51,379 nt of DNA from a gamma proteobacterium HTCC2207 (GCA_905181925.1 CAJIZU010000001.1:1-51379); one strand, 5' to 3'; counted from the first letter of the stretch, positions 1-9,976 are shown. Notes: generated from the sequence alone by a model not told the origin. Numbers and translations are program-made.

Positions 1-1
1 T

Positions 2-1180
2 TACACAAGTGCTTATCGAGTGCTTCAGGGCTTACAGGATTCTGAAGTAGGAGACTATTCCGACCTGACTATTGACGTCACTGATAATGATCGTGAGTAT
101 ACGTCTCAAGGCATCCAGTTCGATTTAAACCAAAAATTTGACCTTTTAGGTGCCGAGCACAACATTAAGGTTGGGTTGCGTTATCACCAAGATGATGTCA
201 GGCGTCGTCATCAGACTCGGAGCTATTTAATGACTTCGGGGACTATGGTTTCTGACGGTATTACTAGGTCATTTAAAACTAACAACTATGCGCAAACTGA
301 TGCATTCGCACTTTCAGTGTCTGATGATATCTCTTGGTTAGATTGGACCTTCAATATTGGCGTTCGGCATGAAGATATCAGTGGTAGTGTTGATAATAAG
401 TTGTTGGATAAGTTAGCAGAAAATACCCAAACGATCACCACACCAGGTTTTGGCGTATACAGGCAATTAACCGATTCTCTTGGTGTTTTAGCGGGTATTT
501 ATATGGGGTTCTCGCCCTCTGGGCCGGGGCAATCAGGCGCTGAATCAGAAGAAAGCGTTAATGTCGAATTTGGTATTCGCTATACGACGACGGACTTTTC
601 GGGTGAGCTTATTGCCTTTGAAAGTGACTATGACAACTTACTGGGTCGTTGTAGGGCGTCAGATTCTGACTGTCAGGTGGGGCAAGAGTTTAGCGGCGGA
701 AACGTCCAGGTCAGTGGTATTGAAGTAACTGGGCAAGGGCAGTATGAGCTTGGCGATACCATGATTTTAACTTCGCAGATTAATTACACCTATTCTGAAT
801 CTAAATTTAAAAGTTCTTTTTTCTCCCAATTTTCTCAGTGGGGTCTTGTCAATGAAGGGGATGAGTTACCGTATGTTCCCAAGCATGCTGGTAGATGGCA
901 GGTTGGGCTTGAGAGTTATTTATGGGCGCTTGATATGGCAGTCAAGTATCAGCATGGAATGCGTGAAACGCCAGGATTGGGTGATATTACAGAAGGACTG
1001 CATACTGACAATATAACGACGATCGACGTCTCAGCTACTTGGTTTGTCAATGAAGATGTTGATTTGAAGATATTGGCCAGAAATCTTACAGATGACTCAT
1101 CAATTGTGTCTCATCGGCCATATGGTGCTAGACCAAATTTACCTCGTACTTTACTGGCCCAAGTAAAGTACCGGTTTTAG
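2..1180 (+). CDS. TonB-dependent outer-membrane receptor (FecA-like), 5' truncated by window edge
   Basis: Frame is open from position 2. Alternating beta-strand pattern, late 'RNLTD' motif and C-terminal 'PRTLLAQVKYRF' ending in Phe are typical of TonB-dependent receptor barrels. Confidence 0.9.
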   Translation, partial: YTSAYRVLQGLQDSEVGDYSDLTIDVTDNDREYTSQGIQFDLNQKFDLLGAEHNIKVGLRYHQDDVRRRHQTRSYLMTSGTMVSDGITRSFKTNNYAQTDAFALSVSDDISWLDWTFNIGVRHEDISGSVDNKLLDKLAENTQTITTPGFGVYRQLTDSLGVLAGIYMGFSPSGPGQSGAESEESVNVEFGIRYTTTDFSGELIAFESDYDNLLGRCRASDSDCQVGQEFSGGNVQVSGIEVTGQGQYELGDTMILTSQINYTYSESKFKSSFFSQFSQWGLVNEGDELPYVPKHAGRWQVGLESYLWALDMAVKYQHGMRETPGLGDITEGLHTDNITTIDVSATWFVNEDVDLKILARNLTDDSSIVSHRPYGARPNLPRTLLAQVKYRF

Positions 1181-1197
1181 ATCGTTAGGAGATTACG

Positions 1198-2112
1198 TTG
1201 CTTGAGCTGTTGACAGCCCCCGCTGAAAAATTTATTGACCCCTCTGAAAGGGTCTTTTGGGGATATATGCTAAGCGCACTGGTTATTGCCTCGTTTGTTG
1301 TGGCCCATCAGGAGCAGCGTTTTAACCCGTTAGACCAACTTCGTCGGTTGCTTAACCCGAAGTACTGGCTGTCGCGTTCTAGCCTCTACGATATGTTTCT
1401 ATTGATTTTCAATACCGTAATGCGACTTACGCTTATTATTCCCTTCTTTGGTAGCCATGTGGTGGTTACTGTTTTGGTAGGCGGATTTCTGCAAGAACAT
1501 GTTGGAGATGCTCCTGACTTAAACCTTGGTTGGTTCTGGATCGCCAGTATCTTTAGTATATCTTTCTTAATTCTGGATGATCTAAGCCGCTTCGTGCTGC
1601 ATTTTTGTATGCATCGCTTCGACTTCCTGTGGTATTTCCATAAAACTCACCATAGTGCGACGGTGCTAACACCATTGACGATCTTCAGGGTTCATCCGGT
1701 CGAGCATATTCTGTATTTTAGTCGGAGATTGGTAGTCTTTGGCTTTATTACTGGTGTCTTTATTTGGTTGTTCTCCCATCGTCTTTCAGGCTTACAGATT
1801 TTGGGTGTTGATATGTTTGGTGTGATGTTTAATTTTGCAGCGGCTAATCTACGTCACTCACATATCTGGATTTCATTTGGACGGTTAGAGAAAATATTCA
1901 TTAGTCCAGCCCAGCACCAGATTCATCATAGTGTTGGCCATAGCAACGCTAACCTTGGAAGTATTTTCTCTGTCTGGGATGGGTTGTTAGGCACTCGAAC
2001 TTACTCAGGCCAAAAGCGGAAGCTAGAATTTGGTTTGGGGCCAGAGAAGCATGAGCCTCCGAACAAAGAGGCCTCTGGATTGGTAATACCTGCGGGTCCC
2101 TCTCTGACCTAA
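1198..2112 (+). CDS. Sterol desaturase / fatty acid hydroxylase superfamily membrane di-iron enzyme
   Basis: His boxes HFCMH, HKTHH, RHSH and HQIHH; several hydrophobic segments; TTG start with AGGAG at 1187-1191. Confidence 0.88.
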   Translation: MLELLTAPAEKFIDPSERVFWGYMLSALVIASFVVAHQEQRFNPLDQLRRLLNPKYWLSRSSLYDMFLLIFNTVMRLTLIIPFFGSHVVVTVLVGGFLQEHVGDAPDLNLGWFWIASIFSISFLILDDLSRFVLHFCMHRFDFLWYFHKTHHSATVLTPLTIFRVHPVEHILYFSRRLVVFGFITGVFIWLFSHRLSGLQILGVDMFGVMFNFAAANLRHSHIWISFGRLEKIFISPAQHQIHHSVGHSNANLGSIFSVWDGLLGTRTYSGQKRKLEFGLGPEKHEPPNKEASGLVIPAGPSLT

Positions 2113-2116
2113 ATAG

Positions 2117-2680
2117 TTAGCTCTTAGGTGGATTGTGCTTGCTGGTCCAAGGGCGCCTAATGTCTTCTCTAATAACCTCAAAATGTCCCGTTTTACGATC
2201 CTCTAAAAAATGGTCCAGCGTTACTTCGACCATTGGAAATGCAAGTTCTCCCCAAGGAATGTCAGCTTCAGCGAATAAGGCAACTTCAGATGATTCAGAC
2301 GTAGGTCCAAATACTGGCGTTTGTAAATTTGCACGATAAAAAATATAGACTTGATGGATCTGAGGAATATCAAAGATAGCGTACAGTTGAGGGTTGACGA
2401 CGTTAGCCAAGGATTCCTCGACACATTCTCGCATAGCGCCCTCTAATGTAGATTCACCATTTTCTAGAAACCCTGCAGGTAGGGTCCAGTAACCGACTCT
2501 AGGTTCAATGGAGCGCCTGCAGAGTAAAATTTTATCTTCATAAATAGGCAGGATACCGGCGATAACGCGAGGATTCTGATAATGAATTTCATCACAAGAT
2601 TCACACACATAGCGTAATCTATTGTCGCCTTGAGGTATTTTTTGGATAACGGAGCTACCGCAGCTAGAACAAAATTTCAT
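2117..2680 (-). CDS. Nudix hydrolase with N-terminal zinc ribbon
   Basis: MKFCSSCG...CESC zinc ribbon and Nudix box GFLENGESTLEGAMRECVEES. Start moved from 2731 to the ATG at 2680 (MKFC). Confidence 0.9.
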   Translation of the reverse strand: MKFCSSCGSSVIQKIPQGDNRLRYVCESCDEIHYQNPRVIAGILPIYEDKILLCRRSIEPRVGYWTLPAGFLENGESTLEGAMRECVEESLANVVNPQLYAIFDIPQIHQVYIFYRANLQTPVFGPTSESSEVALFAEADIPWGELAFPMVEVTLDHFLEDRKTGHFEVIREDIRRPWTSKHNPPKS

Positions 2681-2709
2681 GAAACTCTCAGAAAGTAACG
2701 TGGACTGCG

Positions 2710-2715
2710 TATAAT
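2710..2715 (+). promoter_or_regulatory. Candidate sigma70 -10 element for a leaderless nudL transcript
   Basis: Perfect TATAAT ending 6 nt before the ATG at 2722, with no SD in between. The -35 is weak. Confidence 0.4.
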
Positions 2716-2721
2716 GCACAA

Positions 2722-3339
2722 ATGCTAACAACTATTGCAAATCAGTTGGTCAAATTTCCGTTAAAAAAACGGCAACCTGACCTAAATAAGGCCCAAACTA
2801 CAGCGGCAGTTCTTGTTATTTTGCACGGAGAGGACAGTGATCCTCAGGTTGTGTTGACGCAACGTGCATTTCATCTTAAAAGTCACGCGGGTGAGGTAGC
2901 CTTTCCCGGAGGGATGTGGGATCAAGGGGACGAGAATTTATTACATACGGCATTAAGAGAAGCCAACGAAGAGATAGGCCTTAATCCTCACTCAGTAACG
3001 CCTGTTGCGACCTTGCCCTCAGCGTCGCCAAAGCGACGAGAAGTTAGTGTTACGCCCTTCGTAGCCATCGGTATCAATAATTTAGAGCTAACGGCGGATG
3101 CGTCTGAAACGGCGGCTATTTTTAATGCGCCACTGAAGATTTTCATGGATCTAGATCAGTATGAGTATTTTGAAATCAAGTCAGAGACTGCAGATGGTGA
3201 TGGGGTGATACGATTTCCATATTTGACGTATAACAATTATAAAATTTGGGGATTCACTCTCAAGGTGATTACCGATTTACTCAATTCGACATTGGACGCA
3301 GGTATTGATTTAAAATATCCTCAGCATGTCAGTAAGTAA
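2722..3339 (+). CDS. nudL: CoA pyrophosphatase (Nudix, NudL/PCD1 family)
   Basis: LTQRAFHLKSHAGEVAFPGG motif, Nudix box ALREANEEIGL, and IWGFT. Confidence 0.88.
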   Translation: MLTTIANQLVKFPLKKRQPDLNKAQTTAAVLVILHGEDSDPQVVLTQRAFHLKSHAGEVAFPGGMWDQGDENLLHTALREANEEIGLNPHSVTPVATLPSASPKRREVSVTPFVAIGINNLELTADASETAAIFNAPLKIFMDLDQYEYFEIKSETADGDGVIRFPYLTYNNYKIWGFTLKVITDLLNSTLDAGIDLKYPQHVSK

Positions 3340-3363
3340 AAAGAGAACTAAAAGGCGCTATAA

Positions 3364-3888
3364 ATGATTTATCAACTTGGTGAAGATACACCTCAAATCC
3401 ATGAAAGTGTTTTTGTAGCGGCTAGTGCCGATGTGATGGGAAAGGTGATCCTCAAGGAGCACTCGAGCGTTTGGTTTAACGCGGTGATTCGTGGCGATTG
3501 CGATGTTATCGAAGTCGGAAAGCGCAGCAATGTTCAAGATGGCGCAGTATTGCATGCTGACCCTGGCCAACCGCTGAAGATAGGGGAAGATGTAACTATC
3601 GGTCATCAAGCAATGGTGCATTGCCGAGAGATTGGTGATCGCACATTGGTTGGAATTCAAGCGGTCATTTTAGATGGTGCTATTGTTGGAAGTGATTGCT
3701 TAATTGGCGCCAATGCATTGGTTAAAGCCGGAGCAGTTATTCCAGACGGTTCCATGGTGGTGGGTTCTCCTGCAAAGGTGATCAGGCAGACCGATGAAAA
3801 TATGCGTGCTTTTTTATTGGCTGGGGCCACTATGTATGTTCAAAAAGCAGCTAATATGCGGTCTGATTTGAGAGAAGTTAAGCGATGA
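3364..3888 (+). CDS. Gamma carbonic anhydrase family (YrdA/PaaY-like) hexapeptide-repeat protein
   Basis: SVWFNAVIRGD, SNVQDGAVLH and TIGHQAMVH motifs; left-handed beta-helix repeats. Confidence 0.92.
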   Translation: MIYQLGEDTPQIHESVFVAASADVMGKVILKEHSSVWFNAVIRGDCDVIEVGKRSNVQDGAVLHADPGQPLKIGEDVTIGHQAMVHCREIGDRTLVGIQAVILDGAIVGSDCLIGANALVKAGAVIPDGSMVVGSPAKVIRQTDENMRAFLLAGATMYVQKAANMRSDLREVKR

Positions 3889-4070
3889 CGCTAGAACTGA
3901 GTACCGCCTCGCCTTGCTTGTCCATCTGCTCTTTGAATGAAGATGATGTGTGCGTGGGATGCAATAGAACAAGCAACGAGATCCGCGATTGGCGGAATAT
4001 GTCAGGTAGTCAAAAGCAAGAAGTCCTTAGACTTTGTAGTCAGCGCGCTCAGGAGCATAAACCGCTTTAG
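3885..4070 (+). CDS. DUF1289 family small Cys-rich protein
   Basis: SPCLSIC...DVCVGCNRTSNEIRDW; ATGA overlap with the upstream gene. Confidence 0.85.
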   Translation: MTLELSTASPCLSICSLNEDDVCVGCNRTSNEIRDWRNMSGSQKQEVLRLCSQRAQEHKPL

Positions 4071-4082
4071 CCGATAGAAGCG

Positions 4083-5360
4083 TTATTCATCACTCTGCTT
4101 AGGTTTTTTCATCGATGATACACTTACCTTTTTAACCATGGTGCCATTGATTTCCTTAGTTTCGAATTGGTAACTACCAACCACGAAGCTGACGTTACCA
4201 TCGGGGATGCTCTCAAGTTGCTCGAAGACGATTCCATTCAAGGTTTTCGGGCCTTTAGTCGGCAGATCCCAGCCAGTAGCCTTATTGATTTCTCGAATAG
4301 TAGCGGTACCGTCGATCAGATAACTACCATCATTCTGGGCGATGATTTCATCCTCGTCATCGGCAGTGTTGGTGGTAAAGTCGCCGACAATTTCTTCGAG
4401 AATATCTTCAAGTGTGACAAGCCCCTGAACTTCGCCATACTCATCGACCACAATAGCAAAACGCGTTTTAGCATTTTTAAAATTCAGTAGCTGATTGGTC
4501 AGGCTCGTTGTCTCAGGAATAAAGTATGGATCTTCAGCAAAGTATTTGATTGCGTCATGATTAATATCCCCTGAACGAAAAAGTTGATTTGCCTTGCGCC
4601 CGTGAAAAATCCCAACAATATTATTGATATCACCATCGTAGATAGGTTGTCGGGAGTATTCAGAGTCAAGCATTGCCGCGGTAAGGTGTTCAATACTGTC
4701 TTCTAAGTCAAGACCTTGAACTTCGTTTCTTGGAATCATAATATCTTCGACTGTTACATTTTCTAGATCGAGGATTCCTTTAAGCATACCCTGATGACTT
4801 GTTGATAGTTTGTGCCCTGATAGGTCTACTAGTGATTTAAGTTCCTCTGAATCTAAGCCGTCATCACGGTCTTTGTTGGGATCAAAACCAAGAAGTAATA
4901 TGACGCCATTGGTTAGTTTGTTAACCACCCATACTAATGGGGACAGTAGTTGCAGCAATGGCTTTAAGATATGACTGGCTTTAAAAGCGAACCATTCTGG
5001 GTTCTGAGCGGCGATTGTTTTCGGAGTGACTTCAGAAAAAACTAACACCATGATCGTGAGTGAAGCCGTAGCCACCCAAGGAGCGGCCGCTTCCCCGACA
5101 TAAATGATGGCTAGCATATTGGCAATAATTGCTGCCAAAATATTGACTGCGTTATTACCGATTAAAATGAGACCGATCAATCTATCGGGCTTTGCCAATA
5201 ATTTTGCTGCTCGCCGGGCACCAGCACTTTTTTTGCGCTGATGGCGAAGCCGATATCGATTGAGAGCCATCATTCCGGTTTCTGAACCGGAGAAAAACGC
5301 CGAAAGTACCAAGAGTATTGCGAGTGCCGCCCATAGTACTAGGGGATCTGAACCGTCCAA
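4083..5360 (-). CDS. yfjD: HlyC/CorC (CNNM + CBS pair + CorC_HlyC) transporter, YfjD-like
   Basis: SAFFSGSETGMM, ILIGNN, FSEVTPKT and VVDEYGEVQGLVTLEDILEEIVG motifs; synteny with ypjD and ffh. Confidence 0.9.
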   Translation of the reverse strand: MDGSDPLVLWAALAILLVLSAFFSGSETGMMALNRYRLRHQRKKSAGARRAAKLLAKPDRLIGLILIGNNAVNILAAIIANMLAIIYVGEAAAPWVATASLTIMVLVFSEVTPKTIAAQNPEWFAFKASHILKPLLQLLSPLVWVVNKLTNGVILLLGFDPNKDRDDGLDSEELKSLVDLSGHKLSTSHQGMLKGILDLENVTVEDIMIPRNEVQGLDLEDSIEHLTAAMLDSEYSRQPIYDGDINNIVGIFHGRKANQLFRSGDINHDAIKYFAEDPYFIPETTSLTNQLLNFKNAKTRFAIVVDEYGEVQGLVTLEDILEEIVGDFTTNTADDEDEIIAQNDGSYLIDGTATIREINKATGWDLPTKGPKTLNGIVFEQLESIPDGNVSFVVGSYQFETKEINGTMVKKVSVSSMKKPKQSDE

Positions 5361-5448
5361 AGATGACTTCCATTAAAATTAAGAAGGGATATGTTGAATC
5401 ACTTGGTTAGTTTTGGCAACTGACAATTCACCATTAGAGGCGGAAATG

Positions 5449-6243
5449 TTAGCTAAGGATGAATTCGAGGACGATTTTACTGCCTACATAGCCCATTAAA
5501 ATGGCCACAAACCCAACCCAGCTCCAACTTATTGCTTTTATTCCCCTCCAACCTCGGCTATGCCTTCCCCAGAGAAGAACAGCGTAAACCAACCAAGCAA
5601 CGATGCTAAGAGTGACCTTATGTAATAGTTTTTGATCAAATAAATCATCGTAGTAAAGAAATCCGCTGATTAATGATAGCGTAAGCATTACTTCACCCGC
5701 CAAAATCAGCTCAAAAAGAAAATCTTCCATTGTTTGGAGGGGGGGGAATGTACGCATCAAGAAATTTTGTTTTTTGTGTTTTAATTGCCAATTTTGATAG
5801 CCGGTGAGTAAGGCGTGCAGGGCTGCAATAGCGAGAAGGCTATAGGCGAGTATAGATATTACTATATGAGCCTGGATATAAACTGACATTAGCGCAACTG
5901 GTTTAGTGCTAGGAGTCTCTAAGGCAGCAATTAAGCTTAATGCGGAAATTGGGAAAAGCAAAAGATACATGCTGTGTAGAGGCTTCTTTCGGCCACTAAT
6001 AAAAACAACTAGATTAATTACAAAGGCGATTAAGACAAAAATTCTAAACAGGCTTAGATCTAGCCCGTCGGCAACAAACAGTAACTGAATGGTGCTTAAC
6101 CCGTGCAGCGTTATTGCTCCAGCGGCCAAAGTTTTTAGCATCGATGTATTAAAAATGGGTTCTTTTAGCAGCTTAATTAGTAGGTAACTAAACCCGATTA
6201 GATAGAGTATAACGGCTGCAAAACCAGTGATTGAAGTAAACAT
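5449..6243 (-). CDS. ypjD: Cytochrome c assembly family inner-membrane protein (YpjD/CcsA-like)
   Basis: About 8 TM segments; PPLQTME, HKVTLS and GWRG motifs; divergent from ffh. Confidence 0.88.
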   Translation of the reverse strand: MFTSITGFAAVILYLIGFSYLLIKLLKEPIFNTSMLKTLAAGAITLHGLSTIQLLFVADGLDLSLFRIFVLIAFVINLVVFISGRKKPLHSMYLLLFPISALSLIAALETPSTKPVALMSVYIQAHIVISILAYSLLAIAALHALLTGYQNWQLKHKKQNFLMRTFPPLQTMEDFLFELILAGEVMLTLSLISGFLYYDDLFDQKLLHKVTLSIVAWLVYAVLLWGRHSRGWRGIKAISWSWVGFVAILMGYVGSKIVLEFILS

Positions 6244-6317
6244 GATCTTAAATCATTAACAAGTAGCCACGAGTGTGGCATATTCACGGCTTGGGGTGAA
6301 GAGGGCCGTGTAATTAT

Positions 6318-6326
6318 TGTTATAAT
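6318..6326 (+). promoter_or_regulatory. Extended -10 promoter of ffh
   Basis: TGTTATAAT (TGn + TATAAT) about 40 nt upstream of ffh. Confidence 0.55.
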
Positions 6327-6367
6327 ACCGGCTTGATAGAAATTAATTAGGAATGTTCCACATGGCA

Positions 6368-7750
6368 ATGTTTGAAAGTTTAAGTGACCGTCTTACGCTA
6401 AGTTTGAAGAAAATATCAGGAAAAGCGAGTCTCAGCGAAAAAAATATCGAGGAGACGTTGCGAGAGGTACGGATGGCGCTACTGGAAGCAGATGTTGCAT
6501 TGCCAGTGGTCAAGAGTTTCGTTGAGCAAGTAAAAATTCGGGCTTTGGGTCGAGAGGTCGGTAGTAGTCTAAATCCTGGGCAGCAATTTCTAAAAGTGGT
6601 TCAGGCTGAGTTAGAAGCCGTAATGGGAGAGAAAAACGAATCTCTCAATTTGGCAGCACAGCCGCCTGCGGTAGTTTTAATGGCGGGTTTACAGGGTGCA
6701 GGTAAGACTACATCAGTGGCCAAGCTGTCGCGCTATTTAAAAGAGCGTGAAAAGAAAAAAATTATGGTTGTGTCGGCCGACGTTTATCGTCCGGCAGCCA
6801 TAGAGCAACTGAAAACGCTAGCGAATGAAGTGGATGCGACGTTCTTTCCCAGCCATGAAGATCAGAAACCTATTGATATTGTTACAGCGGCTATAGCGGC
6901 TGCAAAAACACAGTTCATGGATGTATTGATTATTGATACTGCCGGTCGTCTCCATGTCGACGGCGAAATGATGTCGGAAATCAAACAGATTCACGCGGTA
7001 GCAAATCCTGTTGAAACATTGTTTGTGATCGATGCAATGATTGGTCAGGATGCTGTCAACACAGCAAAAGCGTTTAATGAATCCCTTCCGCTGACGGGTA
7101 TTGTACTGACCAAGGTTGATGGTGATGCTCGCGGAGGTGCGGCATTGTCTGTCCGGCAAATCACTGGAAAGCCTATTAAGTTTTTAGGGGTTGGTGAAAA
7201 AACTGATGCGTTAGAACCATTTCATCCTGAAAGAATTGCATCGCGTATCCTTGGTATGGGTGATGTACTTTCCTTAATTGAGGATGTAGAGCGAAAGGTC
7301 GATAAAAAGAAGGCTGAAAAACTTGCTCAAAAAGTTGCCAAAGGTAAAAGATTTGATTTAGAAGATCTGCGCGACCAACTACAGCAGATGAAAAATTTGG
7401 GCGGTATGGCAGGGATGATGGATAAAATGCCTGGTATGGGTAACATGGCGCAATTGGCTCAGCAGAATCAAGCCAGTAGTCAGTTTGACCGTATGGAGTG
7501 TATTATTAATTCCATGACGCCAAAAGAGAGGAAAAACCCCGATATTTTAAATGGATCGCGAAAACGTCGAATTACCGTTGGCTCAGGAACAAGTATTCAG
7601 GACCTTAATCGATTACTCAAACAGCATAAGCAAATGGGTAAGATGATGAAGAAAATGAAAGGCAAGGGAATGCAAAACATGATGCGTGGAATGGGTGGGA
7701 TGATGCCACCTGGTGAGGGAATGCCTCCGAGCGGACTGCCTAAATTTTAG
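6368..7750 (+). CDS. ffh: Signal recognition particle protein Ffh
   Basis: MFESLSDRL start (alternative ATGs at 6353 and 6362); GLQGAGKTT, DTAGR and TKVDGDARGG motifs; Met-rich M domain. Confidence 0.98.
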   Translation: MFESLSDRLTLSLKKISGKASLSEKNIEETLREVRMALLEADVALPVVKSFVEQVKIRALGREVGSSLNPGQQFLKVVQAELEAVMGEKNESLNLAAQPPAVVLMAGLQGAGKTTSVAKLSRYLKEREKKKIMVVSADVYRPAAIEQLKTLANEVDATFFPSHEDQKPIDIVTAAIAAAKTQFMDVLIIDTAGRLHVDGEMMSEIKQIHAVANPVETLFVIDAMIGQDAVNTAKAFNESLPLTGIVLTKVDGDARGGAALSVRQITGKPIKFLGVGEKTDALEPFHPERIASRILGMGDVLSLIEDVERKVDKKKAEKLAQKVAKGKRFDLEDLRDQLQQMKNLGGMAGMMDKMPGMGNMAQLAQQNQASSQFDRMECIINSMTPKERKNPDILNGSRKRRITVGSGTSIQDLNRLLKQHKQMGKMMKKMKGKGMQNMMRGMGGMMPPGEGMPPSGLPKF

Positions 7751-7820
7751 CTACTCAGAGAATACCTAGGCCTTGTCCAAGGTGGCATCAATTTAAGGAG
7801 ATTATTTTCCACTAAATTAG

Positions 7821-7856
7821 TTTCATTTTTAAAGCTTTTGGCGTACCATACCGCGC
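7821..7856 (+). promoter_or_regulatory. Candidate sigma70 promoter of the rpsP operon with GC-rich discriminator
   Basis: TTTCAT-17 bp-TACCAT followed by ACCGCGC. Confidence 0.45.
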
Positions 7857-7943
7857 TTTCCGGGATAGCTCCGCTTAACTGCGTGGCATGAACAAAAAGC
7901 ATCGAGTTTGGCGATAGTGCCTCTCGAACACAGGATTCTACAA

Positions 7944-8195
7944 ATGGTTACAATCAGATTGGCTCGTGGTGGCGCAAAGAAACGCCCTTTTTATCACATA
8001 ACAGTCTCAGACTCACGTAATGCTCGTGACGCTAGATATATTGAGCGTATAGGGTTCTTCAACCCAGTTGCTCGCGGAGCGGAGGAGCGTCTACGCGTTG
8101 ATTTAGAGCGTGCTACATATTGGCAGGGTCAAGGCGCACAGGTTAGTGATCGCGTCTCAGCTCTACTCAAAGAGGCTGCCAAACAAGCAGCTTAG
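7944..8195 (+). CDS. rpsP: 30S ribosomal protein S16
   Basis: [17 protein letters not shown]; start placed at ATG 7944 with upstream AGGA. Confidence 0.98.
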   Translation: MVTIRLARGGAKKRPFYHITVSDSRNARDARYIERIGFFNPVARGAEERLRVDLERATYWQGQGAQVSDRVSALLKEAAKQAA

Positions 8196-8206
8196 TGGGT
8201 TAGGGT

Positions 8207-8755
8207 ATGCCTATGACTAGCACTACAAGTACTCCGGAAATGCTAGTTGTCGGTCGTATAACTACTGTTTTTGGTATTCGTGGATGGCTTAAAGTCTTCT
8301 CGTACACCGAAAATATCGAGACGATAGTTGATTATCAACCTTGGTGGATTGATCTGCCGGGTGGACTAAAACAATTAGTTGCTGATGACTTTAAGAGGCA
8401 TGGTGACGGGTTAGTGGTGCATCTGCAGGGGGTTGACGATCGTGATGTCGCAAGAGAGTGGTGCCAACACGATATTTTAGTAGAAAAAAGTCTACTTCCG
8501 TCGTTAACAAGCGCTGAGCACTACTGGCATCAATTAGTTGGTCTGCAGGTCTTTAGTCAGGAACAAGGGGCTGAATTGCGACTCGGTTTTGTTGATTCGT
8601 TACTTGAGACAGGTGCAAACGATGTGCTTGTAGTGATAGGTGATAAGGATAGTATTGACAGAGAAGAACGTTTGATCCCTTACTCAGAAGAATTTGTGGT
8701 TAAAGTAGATCTCTCTGAGTGTAGGATTGATGTCGTCTGGGATCCGAACTTTTAG
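8207..8755 (+). CDS. rimM: Ribosome maturation factor RimM
   Basis: VGRITTVFGIRGWLKV, YWHQLVGL and ETGANDVLVV motifs; operon position. Confidence 0.97.
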   Translation: MPMTSTTSTPEMLVVGRITTVFGIRGWLKVFSYTENIETIVDYQPWWIDLPGGLKQLVADDFKRHGDGLVVHLQGVDDRDVAREWCQHDILVEKSLLPSLTSAEHYWHQLVGLQVFSQEQGAELRLGFVDSLLETGANDVLVVIGDKDSIDREERLIPYSEEFVVKVDLSECRIDVVWDPNF

Positions 8756-8788
8756 GTAAGGAGGGTTCGTTAACAGAGGTGAAAATTA

Positions 8789-9541
8789 ATGAAAATAGCA
8801 TTGATTACCCTGTTTCCAAATATGTTTGAAGCGATCAGCGAGTATGGTATCAGTGGTCGTGCGGTAAAAAACGGCTTAGTTGAATTGGCTTTTTTTAATC
8901 CGAGAGACTTTACTGAAGATAAGCATCGTACTGTAGATGATAGGCCATATGGTGGTGGGCCTGGCATGGTTATGCTGGTGGAGCCGTTGCGCAAAGCGAT
9001 TGATGCCGCACGGGAATGGATTGAAGGCCAGCCTATTGTCGTATATTTGTCGCCCCAGGGTATGGTGTTAAACCAGTCTGCGGTAAATAAGTTTGCTGAG
9101 CAGAAAAGTTTAATTTTGATTGCCGGCCGATACGAAGGTATCGATGAGCGGTTTATAAGTTTAGAAGTAGATGAGGAATGGTCTATTGGTGATTATGTGC
9201 TGAGTGGTGGAGAGCTGCCAGCAATGGTTCTCATCGATGCACTGATCAGACAAAAACCTGGGGCACTTGGCCATCAGGACTCGGCAGAGCAAGATTCTTT
9301 TGCAAAGGGTTTACTGGATTGTCCTCATTACACCCGACCTGAGGTTTTTGGCGGAGAGAGAGTTCCACCGATTCTACTGTCGGGAGACCATAAAAAAATT
9401 AATGACTGGCGTATGCGACAGGCTCTGTTGCGGACGCAGTCAAGAAGACCGGATTTACTGGATGGTCTGGAGCTCAATAAAGAGCAACAAGCGATTCTTA
9501 AAGAGAGTAGTACTGCGCTGACAGATGATGGCAAAGGATAG
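8789..9541 (+). CDS. trmD: tRNA (guanine37-N1)-methyltransferase
   Basis: [21 protein letters not shown] and [11 protein letters not shown] motifs. Confidence 0.98.
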   Translation: MKIALITLFPNMFEAISEYGISGRAVKNGLVELAFFNPRDFTEDKHRTVDDRPYGGGPGMVMLVEPLRKAIDAAREWIEGQPIVVYLSPQGMVLNQSAVNKFAEQKSLILIAGRYEGIDERFISLEVDEEWSIGDYVLSGGELPAMVLIDALIRQKPGALGHQDSAEQDSFAKGLLDCPHYTRPEVFGGERVPPILLSGDHKKINDWRMRQALLRTQSRRPDLLDGLELNKEQQAILKESSTALTDDGKG

Positions 9542-9613
9542 TGTTCATCCTCTCTGTACAGAGCTCTAAACCAGGTGGTTTACCACCAACCAATGAAAAT
9601 TGAGGAGCAAGAA

Positions 9614-9970
9614 ATGTCAAATAAAACATCAATCATAGCTGCGATTGAAAAAGAGCAGATGAGTAAAGTAATACCAGACTTTAGTCCTGGTGATACTGTT
9701 GTAGTGCAGGTAAAAGTCAAGGAGGGCGCCCGCGAGCGACTTCAGGCATTTGAGGGTGTTGTTTTAGCTAAGCGTAATCGTCAGCTAAATTCAGCGTTTA
9801 CTGTCAGAAAAATTTCTAATGGCATTGGTGTAGAACGTACCTTCCAAACTTATAGCCCCTTGGTGGATAGCATCGAGGTAAAACGTCGTGGAGCTGTCCG
9901 TCGTGCCAAGCTTTATTATCTGCGCGATCGTTCTGGTCGCTCGGCGAGAATTAAAGAAAAGCTCGGTTAA
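9614..9970 (+). CDS. rplS: 50S ribosomal protein L19
   Basis: [16 protein letters not shown]...RLQAFEG...[10 protein letters not shown]; GAGGAG SD supports the ATG at 9614. Confidence 0.98.
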   Translation: MSNKTSIIAAIEKEQMSKVIPDFSPGDTVVVQVKVKEGARERLQAFEGVVLAKRNRQLNSAFTVRKISNGIGVERTFQTYSPLVDSIEVKRRGAVRRAKLYYLRDRSGRSARIKEKLG

Positions 9971-9976
9971 AGAGAG

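Noticed and set aside
5739-5746. G8 homopolymer in ypjD as a phase-variation tract
   Set aside because: It encodes the conserved F-P-P-L motif, the frame is intact, and the run is short.
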